Shown: positions 8,588 through 16,212, counted from the first letter of the stretch. The stretch: DNA of 18,644 bases from an uncultured Bdellovibrionales bacterium (GCA_964405465.1 CAYONZ010000011.1:57800-76443); one strand, 5' to 3'. Notes: generated from the letters alone by a model not told the origin. Translations and numbers: made by a program.

Positions 8588-8782
8588 CCGTGATCTGATT
8601 GAATTTCATTCCCAGAACCGATAACCACATCCTATGGCAAATGCCCCGACTTAGACAACTTTTACCGTGATTCTAGTTTTAATTCTGCTTAATGGCTCCA
8701 AATGGCGACGACAAGACTTTTGCTCAACTAATTCAAATCGACTCAAGAAAATCATGCGCAGATCCTTGACCTAGATTACCTC

Positions 8783-9823
8783 TTAGGGGGCCTGATATTT
8801 TCGGCCCTTTTTTTCGCCGCTCATTTTTAATTTTTTTTCCTTCACTAGATTTTCGATGTCCCGTTCTAAAGTTCGACGAGGGGTCTCTGGTAAAAGTGCG
8901 ACAATGTTTTTCATTTGAAAACCAGATTGGCTCTCGGCAAACTTCATAATTTTTTTTGCGCGAGTCTCGGGGCTAAGTTTTTTTGGTTTCTCAAAAAGCT
9001 GATGCGCCTCTTGAACCACCTCTTTGGTCGCTGTTGCAAAACACTCGATCATAAATTCCAGCATCGGTTGGGTACTCTGAAGGGCTTTGCATTGTTTGAT
9101 AGCAGCATAGTAACGCCCACGATTTCTCATTACGATCGCTTCAATAGGAATGTAACGAGCGATGTTTTCACCGCCCAGCAAGAGCAAGATCTGCTGAAAA
9201 AGTCTGACGGTTCGTCCATTCCCCTCGGCGAAAGGCTGGATGGCGACAGCCAAATAGTGAAATGCAAAGGCTTTGGCAAACGGATTGGACTCTTCGTTGT
9301 CTTTAAGCCATGCCCATAGATCTTCCATTAAAAATGGAACTTGTTTCGGATCGGGACACACTTCGACCTCGGAGGCAGTGGCTTGGTCAACAATTGAAGC
9401 TGGAATCGTACGAAAGCGACCATGCTGGTTTTTTTGAACCAATTCGTCAGTAACCAATTTTTGTAAATCACAAAAGTCGCGAATGCTGGGCATTTTTTTT
9501 TCCGCAGCCAACTTTTCTGCAAAATTGAGTGCATTTTGATAATTTAAAATTTCTTTGGCCGCTCGGTTTTTCGGCTTCATCTGAGACGTTTCCAATAATG
9601 TCGCGACTGTCTCTTCGTCGAGTTTATTTCCCTCGATTTGATTCGAATAAGTGATGGCTTTGATTTGTGCTTGTTGCTGAAGTTGAGATTCGAGAGGAGT
9701 TGCTAGCATTTCATCCAGCAAAGGTTTGCTCTCGGCAATTTGCATGAGGCTTTGTACAAAGCCATCAGTGAGTTTTATTTTAAACGGAATTTTACATTGT
9801 TTTAAATAGGAATAACGACTCAT
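8783..9823 (-). CDS. Fic/Doc-family protein, class II (N-terminal inhibitory helix) with a C-terminal winged-helix-like domain. The catalytic His of the Fic motif is replaced by Gln. The start is reassigned to Met24 of the 369-aa ORF
   Basis: The motif region 'FHYLAVAIQPFAEGNGRTVR' reads against the HPFx[DE]GNGRxxR consensus, with Q at the His position. The inhibitory [ST]xxxE[GN] motif 'SNQIEG' lies upstream. The first 23 codons of the annotated ORF (9824-9892) translate a cluster of CCGCCA/TGGCGG palindromes and are probably not coding. Met18 (9841) remains an alternative start. Confidence 0.7.
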   Translation of the reverse strand: MSRYSYLKQCKIPFKIKLTDGFVQSLMQIAESKPLLDEMLATPLESQLQQQAQIKAITYSNQIEGNKLDEETVATLLETSQMKPKNRAAKEILNYQNALNFAEKLAAEKKMPSIRDFCDLQKLVTDELVQKNQHGRFRTIPASIVDQATASEVEVCPDPKQVPFLMEDLWAWLKDNEESNPFAKAFAFHYLAVAIQPFAEGNGRTVRLFQQILLLLGGENIARYIPIEAIVMRNRGRYYAAIKQCKALQSTQPMLEFMIECFATATKEVVQEAHQLFEKPKKLSPETRAKKIMKFAESQSGFQMKNIVALLPETPRRTLERDIENLVKEKKLKMSGEKKGRKYQAP

Positions 9824-9829
9824 TCGCCC

Positions 9830-9912
9830 ATTATCCGCCATATTTCCGCCACAGGCAAGATGGCGGAAATATAACCGCCAAATATCCGCCATTGATGATG
9901 TGGCGGATATTT
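9830..9912. promoter_or_regulatory. Operator-like array of two perfect 12-N9-12 inverted repeats, ATATTTCCGCCA-N9-TGGCGGAAATAT (9840-9872) and AAATATCCGCCA-N9-TGGCGGATATTT (9880-9912), plus two extra half-sites (9830-9840 and 9869-9880)
   Basis: Read directly from the sequence. There are six copies of the CCGCCA/TGGCGG core with AT-rich flanks within 83 bp. The array lies immediately upstream of, and overlapping, the likely Fic start, and downstream of the XRE-HTH gene. Confidence 0.7.
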
Positions 9913-10021
9913 TAAATTTATAAGTAAAACCAGCATGTTATGTGTGTTTAAAGGATATTTTAGTCTATCAGCCAGAGATTAGAGAGCACCGATAACGGTG
10001 GCCTACGACAAATGAACTGCT

Positions 10022-10375
10022 TTAGGCAACTTTGAACTTCAAATTTGGTTTAATGATGTGCAAAAGCTTAAGCAGTTTATCAATAGTGAAGCGACCGTGG
10101 TGGTAATGCACAATTTCGCTGACCCTTGACTCGCTGACCCCAAGAATTTCTGCCAACTCCCGCTGAGTCACATTCTTTTCTTGGCAATAGCGAATAAAAT
10201 GGGCGCACAACTCATGCTTGGCTCGATCCACAGGACTTGCGTCGCGGGGTAAAATCTTGGTTGGCTTAGATTTACCCAGCTTCTTCTCGATCTCAACCCA
10301 TTCGCTTTCTGTGGGCCATCCTGGAGGTGGAGTTTTGCTGACTCTGATAAGCGTTGATTTTTTTGCTTTCTTCAT
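10022..10375 (-). CDS. XRE-family HTH protein, putative antitoxin (HigA-like position) with a basic N-terminal extension
   Basis: A perfect SD AGGAGGT lies 5 nt upstream. The HTH is 'TQRELAEILGVSESRVSEI'. The start overlaps the stop of the upstream RelE/ParE-like gene (ATGA). The N-terminus is Lys-rich ('MKKAKKSTLIRVSK'). Confidence 0.65.
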   Translation of the reverse strand: MKKAKKSTLIRVSKTPPPGWPTESEWVEIEKKLGKSKPTKILPRDASPVDRAKHELCAHFIRYCQEKNVTQRELAEILGVSESRVSEIVHYHHGRFTIDKLLKLLHIIKPNLKFKVA

Positions 10376-10665
10376 TTCGACCTCCTGTAAGCATTTCTCA
10401 CGCCAATATAACTTTCATCGGGCGGTATCACCCAAATCAGACGATAGGGCTTGCCGCTCCAAACTAGGTCTGTTTCGTAAAACTGATAACCGTCCTCACG
10501 AATCATTTGGGGGAGATAATTTTCATAGTTCAATACACCCAACAGCTCCAAAATCAGTTTGTCGTTGATTGATCGGCTATGTTTTTCTTCATAGTGCGTA
10601 TCAATCCAGACCTCGCTGAACCATGTATCATTGATGAAAAGACTCGCTTCAACGATACGGTACAT
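10372..10665 (-). CDS. RelE/ParE-superfamily toxin-like protein (HigB-like gene order: toxin first, HTH second)
   Basis: The C-terminal 'YRLIWVIPPDESYIGVRNAYRR' resembles the RelE/ParE 'RIIYRVDDE..VYILRIGHRKDVY' signature. About 97 aa from the ATG at 10665; the ORF track's earlier start at 10683 is a TTG. It is coupled to the HTH gene. Confidence 0.55.
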   Translation of the reverse strand: MYRIVEASLFINDTWFSEVWIDTHYEEKHSRSINDKLILELLGVLNYENYLPQMIREDGYQFYETDLVWSGKPYRLIWVIPPDESYIGVRNAYRRSK

Positions 10666-10954
10666 CAGATACCACCCTACCAAAACTTCCCAAATTTGGC
10701 AAGCTATTTGTTCCTATCATAAACCGTCCTTTGAAACAAAATGATGATCTTGGACTCTGTGGTGTTGGGATCATGTAGATCCAGGCCGGCATCCCTTAGA
10801 TTGAAAATCTAGTTTTCCCTATGTAAATCTGCCCGGTCTTTAGATCGCTCCAGTCGCCCATGATTATGAATCGGGCAGGTTCAATACACATGCCGAGCCT
10901 AGCTGTGACATTGCAAAGGTGGCCGTCCAAAACCCATCAGAAATGTCCGCAACA

Positions 10955-11015
10955 CTTCCGCTTGTCGTTTTAATCAATGTGAATATCTTGTGGAGCTGGT
11001 ACTTGGGCTGACTCT
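10955..11015 (+). repeat. 61-bp direct repeat, copy 1 (60/61 identical to 13685..13745). It contains a sigma70-like TTGTCG-N16-TATCTT (10962-10989) facing the 11058 gene
   Basis: Exact comparison in the sequence: cttccgcttgtcgttttaatcaatgtgaatatcttgtggAgctggtacttgggctgactct versus the same with G at 13724. Confidence 0.85.
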
Positions 11016-11057
11016 GTGTGTATCGAATAGCATTCGTTATCTTGCTAGCATTTTAGA

Positions 11058-12128
11058 ATGCGAAATCTAATTCTAGCTTCTGTTTTATTTTTTTTCCCAA
11101 CCCTTGGGATGGGCAGGGATCTCCCTGCGAAAGACTTCTATCGGCTGGAGGAGTGTCGTCGAGTGATTGACCTAGTTGGAGAGAAATATTGGCCGGGTGT
11201 TGTAGGGTTTCAAGGTCCTTGGGTTTATCCTGTTGAAGGCGGACAGTTTGTTTTTAATTATTCTAAAGACCTTTCGGGCTATGAAACTGTTCGTAATGAT
11301 CAGTACAAATCAGAGAAATTAAAATTAAACCGGGTTCAGTGGCTTTCGAAATCACAATTGACATTGGATGGAGTTGATCAGAGTTCGGAACCTGTTTTCG
11401 TATTCAATTCTGTTTCGACAGACCCAAAAGCCATCGATTATAAAAATCCAATTTTGTACGCGTCTTCTTTCGAGGTCGTTGGAAAAACAATACCTTTTAC
11501 TGACACGGAAGATTGGATGTCTTTGATTTTGCACGAAGCTTTTCATCAATTTCAATTTTCAAATTCTCAAGTGTTCGAACAATACAAAAAGTTGAAAGAT
11601 GATGGTGTATATTTAGATAGTTCTCAGCTAGCTCTGATTTACGAAAAGCAAAGTTGGTTCAGGCAGATGCTTTTAGATGAGAACGTGATCCTGCTTAAGG
11701 CTCGAGCTGAAGCTAAGCTCTTGAACAAAAGAAAGATTCTCTCAGAATTTTTTAAGATGAGAGAAATGCGTCGAGAGCGTTACAAAAAAGAAACAGGGAA
11801 GAGTCTGGCGCAAGCAGAGGCTATGTGGGAGATGCTCGAAGGTGGCGCTCGATATTTTGAATACGGAACTTTTCGCATATTGCAGACAGCATCCATCAAT
11901 CAAAAATTGGCCGAGGTTGATTCGAACTATGGTTCAAATAAGAGATATCGTAAAACATTTTCGACAGAAATGATGGAAGATCTAGGAAAAGACAAGAAGC
12001 GGACAAGGTATTTTTATACGACAGGATTCAACCTATATATGCTCCTAGAGCAAGCGGATCCGCAGTTCTCAAAATCACTATTCGACAAAGCTCCGTATTA
12101 CGCAGAATCAATATTGAAAGCTCTGTAA
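11058..12128 (+). CDS. Secreted HExxH-motif protein, putative zinc metallopeptidase
   Basis: Signal peptide 'MRNLILASVLFFFPTLGMG'. The motif 'LILHEAFHQFQF' (HEAFH at 11532-11546) is present, with Glu residues 11-15 aa downstream. There is no other recognisable domain and no obvious SD. Confidence 0.45.
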   Translation: MRNLILASVLFFFPTLGMGRDLPAKDFYRLEECRRVIDLVGEKYWPGVVGFQGPWVYPVEGGQFVFNYSKDLSGYETVRNDQYKSEKLKLNRVQWLSKSQLTLDGVDQSSEPVFVFNSVSTDPKAIDYKNPILYASSFEVVGKTIPFTDTEDWMSLILHEAFHQFQFSNSQVFEQYKKLKDDGVYLDSSQLALIYEKQSWFRQMLLDENVILLKARAEAKLLNKRKILSEFFKMREMRRERYKKETGKSLAQAEAMWEMLEGGARYFEYGTFRILQTASINQKLAEVDSNYGSNKRYRKTFSTEMMEDLGKDKKRTRYFYTTGFNLYMLLEQADPQFSKSLFDKAPYYAESILKAL

Positions 12129-12327
12129 GCTCTCCAGCAGCTAATATCGAAAACGACAAAGATTTGTAAGTTCGATTGTGAAATTTAAAGAATCATAAAA
12201 ATAAAAAAAAGCGCATGTGAAGCGGCTTGATCAACTAGCAACTGACATAGCAGCCGGAGACCACGAAATGGTGGCTCTAATCTTGCTTTGAATTACGGCT
12301 GAGATTCTAGATGGAAACTAAAGGATT

Positions 12328-12840
12328 TTGAGGAAGCAAAAAATGGCTCAGGGTCATGTATCAGGAACAATTATGGGCTTATTTTTGATGGCAATCCTCT
12401 CGCCAGCAAAGCAACAAGGCGCTCGTGTGGTGTACCTGGGATTCGGAGCGCTTCACGCTCATGGAGTTATTGAGCAGCTCCGCCAGTATTCAGTGAGCTA
12501 TATTGTTTTTTCCCCGAATTTCTAAATACTAAACAAATTTAATTTGACCGTAGATCCCAATCCATCCACACAGATAGGCAACAGATAAGCAATGGAAGTA
12601 CGTCGCCTTTTTCCAACCATCCCTTACAACGGAAATTCGCGTAGTGATGAATCCTCTCGAGTAAAAAAATGCACTACTGATTATTGAGCATTCAAAAATG
12701 GGAAGGCGGCCGCACTAGATTGCGAAATATCTCAACGAGCAAGAAATCAAACCGAGGCGAGGCAAGAAGTGGTTCGCACCAACCGTGACTGACATTATTC
12801 ATCGTCAACGACAAGAAGGCTGTCGTTAGATCGCGAGAGC
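12328..12840 (+). pseudogene. Decayed serine recombinase (large serine recombinase / resolvase-recombinase domain) remnant spread over at least two frames with internal stops
   Basis: The frame-2 segment 'IAKYLNEQEIKPRRGKKWFAPTVTDIIHRQRQEG' matches the recombinase-domain consensus (..IAkyLNe.GIptprGkkWs.stV..ILrN..Y.G). It is preceded by an in-frame TAG. Upstream, 'TIPYNGNSR' resembles '(A)PYGYKR'. The 65-aa ORF 12328..12525 ('GHVSGTIMGLFLMAILSPAKQQGARVVYL...IEQLRQYSVSYIVFS') resembles the degraded C-terminal part of the catalytic domain (DDG.SGt.mdRPaL..LL....G..dvvLV...eeL...GV.fvSL). The catalytic Ser region is missing. Confidence 0.45.
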
Positions 12841-12933
12841 AAGTGCGACATATGCTCTCTTGTTGACCAAACATGATCGTCATCTTACTTTGATTTCAAC
12901 TTGCCTCCAGCGGTAGCTAATAAACCGCTCTTA

Positions 12934-13680
12934 ATGCAAACAAATACAATTGAAACGAAGATGCTCGACTTGCAGGTCGTGCAGACGGTTTTGGATTTCT
13001 GGGATCCTTATAGTGCTTCGATTTACAGAGCATCTACTTTGAATCAGATCGACGAGTACGACAGTTACTCCTTTCCCATTTTAGATTTGCTTAGAACTGG
13101 ATCTTCTCATGCCGATCTCTTTCGATTTCTAAATCAAACGCAGCTCACGCGTGGCGCTTTGAGTGCCGACGAAAATGAATCAATAAATAGATTTTTCGCC
13201 TGGGCCTTTCTGCAAACTTGGCAAAGAAATCAATCTAGAGAAACGAATATTCGCCGGCTTCACATTGACTCTGTTCAATTGCCTGAAGGGGAATATCGAT
13301 TTATGCCACGCCTCGAGCTTATCCAGCAGTACCTTCAGCAATGGGACCCGCTCGAAGCTTCAAAGCATTGGTTATATGGCGCGGATACTTTGCATCGTTA
13401 TGATCAACCGAGCATTGTACTTGATGAAGCCGTTCAGCGTGGAAATCTTGAAGAAGTATGTCTTGCTCTAGAGGTTGCCTGTTTGGCGGAAGGTGATGGA
13501 GTTGCCTTTGCGCTTGAAAACTATTCGTTAGAGAAAAGAACGTTACAAGAGCATTATCATTCGCATTTAGTTGAAAGATCCAAACGGCATCAAGATCGCG
13601 CGGAATTTTTAATTAAGCTCTTGGGCGATCCGAATCGAGTTGTTCGACGCAGGACTCAGTCGCGGAAAAGAGAGGGATGA
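12934..13680 (+). CDS. Hypothetical protein with two internally similar ~100-aa halves (W-D-P motif in each); function unknown
   Basis: The ATG at 12934 (MQTNTIETK) is preferred over the TTG at 12901. Half 1 contains 'LDFWDPYSASIY...SFPILDLL' and half 2 contains 'QQWDPLEASKHW...PSIVLDEAV'. The gene ends 4 nt before copy 2 of the 61-bp repeat. Confidence 0.4.
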   Translation: MQTNTIETKMLDLQVVQTVLDFWDPYSASIYRASTLNQIDEYDSYSFPILDLLRTGSSHADLFRFLNQTQLTRGALSADENESINRFFAWAFLQTWQRNQSRETNIRRLHIDSVQLPEGEYRFMPRLELIQQYLQQWDPLEASKHWLYGADTLHRYDQPSIVLDEAVQRGNLEEVCLALEVACLAEGDGVAFALENYSLEKRTLQEHYHSHLVERSKRHQDRAEFLIKLLGDPNRVVRRRTQSRKREG

Positions 13681-13684
13681 GGAT

Positions 13685-13745
13685 CTTCCGCTTGTCGTTT
13701 TAATCAATGTGAATATCTTGTGGGGCTGGTACTTGGGCTGACTCT
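13685..13745 (+). repeat. 61-bp direct repeat, copy 2
   Basis: See copy 1. It lies in the convergent gap between 12934..13680 (+) and 13835..14899 (-). Confidence 0.85.
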
Positions 13746-13834
13746 CAACTGGCGAGGGCCTTGTAGAGCCAAATGACCGTAGGAATCAAGTGATTTTAAA
13801 GCGCTTTTAAGAGAATATTTCGTTTGCAGGTTCA

Positions 13835-14899
13835 CTATTTGAAAGTCTGATTTAAGATGAATGGAACATCTTCGCTTTCGAAAGACCTATAGTATTGAAC
13901 TTTTCCACTGCCTTTTGAGAGTTTGTTTAAATTCGCAATCACTCCCTGGGAATGAGCGTCTCCAACGATTACATTGAGCGATTTGCTCGAATCAGCGTTT
14001 GAACACAACCAGGCAGCAATCGTTTTTGCGAAATCTTCGTTTCTCCAGTCAATCATGATCTTATGAAATTCCGATTCTGTAAAATTTTGTTTTGTAAAGT
14101 CGTGTTCAGGCAAATGATTTTTTATTTCTGGCGTAACAATCTTGATTATTTCTTGATATAAATCCCGCACAAAGCTGAAGTATTGTTGAAGTGGAGCTTT
14201 CCGTATGGCTTGTCCTAACTCTTCCATCCACTCCATTGTATATCGAGTTTTGCCGTTAAATTTTTGATTCTCAGAAACTTTTTTATAGGCGTCTATGCAT
14301 AGCTGGCAAGATACGATTGCATTTCTGCTCACTCTATTGAGGGCAGCCTTGAACACTGGATTACTCGAAATATTCACTCCGATCGCAACACTAGTTGATG
14401 AAGACATTTTACCGTCTTTAATTTCATCTTTTAAGTTGTTGAACATAGTATTTGCCGCCATGATAGCTTTAGGAATAAAGGAATCGATCCCATCTATATT
14501 TGGCGAAATATACCGAGTGGCCAAATATTCCGAATTCTTTGCTGTCCAGGGAAAGGTTGCAGTGGAGCCTCCCGCAGTTCCGGTATCTGGAATGACCTCA
14601 ATCAAAAGATGAATTTTACCAGCGACAGCCCTATCGATCATCAGCTTTTTAACTCTCTCGCTGTCATCGGAGGACCAATGACGCTCACCAATCAGCATAA
14701 CTTTTGGATACTGTTTCAAATTCGAGAGATCACATGAAAGTTCAGGTGGTGAATAAATTTTGGCTTCGATGGCACACACCAACGACTGATAGTTTTTCAG
14801 ATCAATTGGCTTTGGAGATTTGTCGTCACAGTTGGAACTCGCGTTCACTAAGCAAGAGGAAAGCAGAATGATTAAGAAAGAAATTTCCCAAACAGGCAT
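13835..14899 (-). CDS. Secreted protein or lipoprotein, possibly TIKI/TraB/ChaN (GxxH) superfamily
   Basis: From Met14 of the ORF onward there is a signal peptide with a possible lipobox, 'MPVWEISFLIILLSSC'. 'VMLIGERHWSSDD' resembles the N-terminal GE-x-H motif of ChaN/erythromycin-esterase/Tiki proteins, and 'VIVGDAHSQGV' sits near the C-terminus. This is a weak call. Confidence 0.35.
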   Translation of the reverse strand: MPVWEISFLIILLSSCLVNASSNCDDKSPKPIDLKNYQSLVCAIEAKIYSPPELSCDLSNLKQYPKVMLIGERHWSSDDSERVKKLMIDRAVAGKIHLLIEVIPDTGTAGGSTATFPWTAKNSEYLATRYISPNIDGIDSFIPKAIMAANTMFNNLKDEIKDGKMSSSTSVAIGVNISSNPVFKAALNRVSRNAIVSCQLCIDAYKKVSENQKFNGKTRYTMEWMEELGQAIRKAPLQQYFSFVRDLYQEIIKIVTPEIKNHLPEHDFTKQNFTESEFHKIMIDWRNEDFAKTIAAWLCSNADSSKSLNVIVGDAHSQGVIANLNKLSKGSGKVQYYRSFESEDVPFILNQTFK

Positions 14900-15121
14900 T
14901 ACTTGATTGTAGGTCTTTACTTTTTTTATGTGAATCAAAACTTCGTCTTCTAGATAAACTCAAAACTGGTTCGAGAGAAGACGCCTGGATATCTTGTAAG
15001 TTATTGATTTTATTTAATAAAAATTGGATGGGTTGACGCCCCATGCGCAACCCATCGAAATGATTCGGATCTTCATTTCTGCAGTTACCAAAAGTTACCA
15101 TCAATTTTCTTCAGGTCAAGA

Positions 15122-16209
15122 TTATCGTTTGAGCTGATACACGTTCCCTTCGGCTTTTTGGTCTTCGGGGACAGTGACACCGAGATCCTCAGTCGCTCCC
15201 TCAATATCCTTCCCACAGAGCCTTAAATAGCCTTGTGTGGTCTTAAGGGACGAGTGACCAACGATAGCCATAACCTTTGAAAGAGCGACCCCATTATTTA
15301 GCATCTGCGTAATAAATGTGGCCCTTAGATCATGAAACTTGATGGAACTGATGCCGATTCCCTTACAGAAGTCTCTTGTTATTTGACCGAGGTGTCCTTG
15401 GTCCCATTCCCATAAGCGGGGTAGTACAAATTCGGCTCCTCCGGCCTTTAGCTTGAGTTCCTGTAAGAACTTTCGACATTCCTTAGAGATGGGATAAACA
15501 CGGTTTTTGGCGGTCTTTGTTGGACCCTCGCCGTTGTACCGAGTCCATGCTTTTGAGATATTGATGAATCCCGTTACAAAATCCACATCTATCCAGCGTA
15601 GGGCATGAAGTTCGCCCGAACGCATCCCCGTTAGCAGTGCAAGTGTCCAATGGGGATAAAACTTGTGGTTGATAGATTTGGCTTCACGAAGAAAAATCTC
15701 AATCTCATTTTTGTTAAGCACAGACTGGTTGGCATCCGCGATTTTAACTTTGATACCGACGGCAGGATTTCTGGTTAGAATTCCTTCTTCGATAGCGAGA
15801 TTAAAAATGCGTTTGATGATTTTAATTATTCCCTTGCGAGTCTGGCTAGAAACGCCAGAGACGTGTTCAAAAATTAAATTATGAACTTCACCAGGGGTAA
15901 TCTCATCAATGAAGCGGTCTTTCCAAACTGGCGTTACCCACTTCTCAATATTGAACTTGTAGTTCATATAAGTCGAATTGCGGTATTCGTTCTTATACCT
16001 CTTGAGAAAATGTTCGACCCAGTTGGCCCAAGGCACTTTGTCCTTGTGACCTTCGAGTGAGGTTTTTAGTTCAAACTCCACTCTTTTGGCTTCGCGTTCG
16101 GACGCAATTCCCATCCGTCTTAAGCCAACCTGTTTGCCAGAACTATCTCTAACTTTTACGAATACTTCATACGATAGTTTGCCATCCTTTACCTTTTTTG
16201 AAATTGCCA
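15122..16209 (-). CDS. int: Tyrosine recombinase / phage-type integrase
   Basis: The C-terminal catalytic region 'HDLRATFITQMLNNGVALSKVMAIVGHSSLKTTQGYLRL' carries the R..HxxR..Y signature. The N-terminus 'AISKKVKDGKLSYEVFVKV' looks like an arm-binding domain. The likely start is GTG at 16209, with SD AAAGGAA, immediately after the xis stop. The longer ORF to 16303 would overlap xis by 90 nt. Confidence 0.85.
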
Positions 16210-16212
16210 CAG

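Noticed and set aside
8786-8814. GGGCC-N10-GGCCC hairpin followed by T7 on the + strand, resembling a rho-independent terminator
   Set aside because: It lies inside the 3' end of the Fic CDS and is oriented for a + strand transcript, but the nearest upstream + strand gene ends about 950 bp away. The stem is short (5 bp) and probably coincidental.
9824-9892. The 23 N-terminal codons (MADIWRLYFRHLACGGNMADNGR) of the 369-aa Fic ORF
   Set aside because: They are a literal translation of the CCGCCA/TGGCGG palindrome array. The composition is unnatural and a good internal ATG follows, so they are treated as regulatory DNA rather than coding sequence.
14939-15121. tRNA gene as integrase target next to int
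   Set aside because: I looked for T-loop-like GGTTCGAATCC/GGTTCAAATCC and acceptor-stem pairing around the int stop and found none. Only a short GGGTTG/CAACCC hairpin is present.
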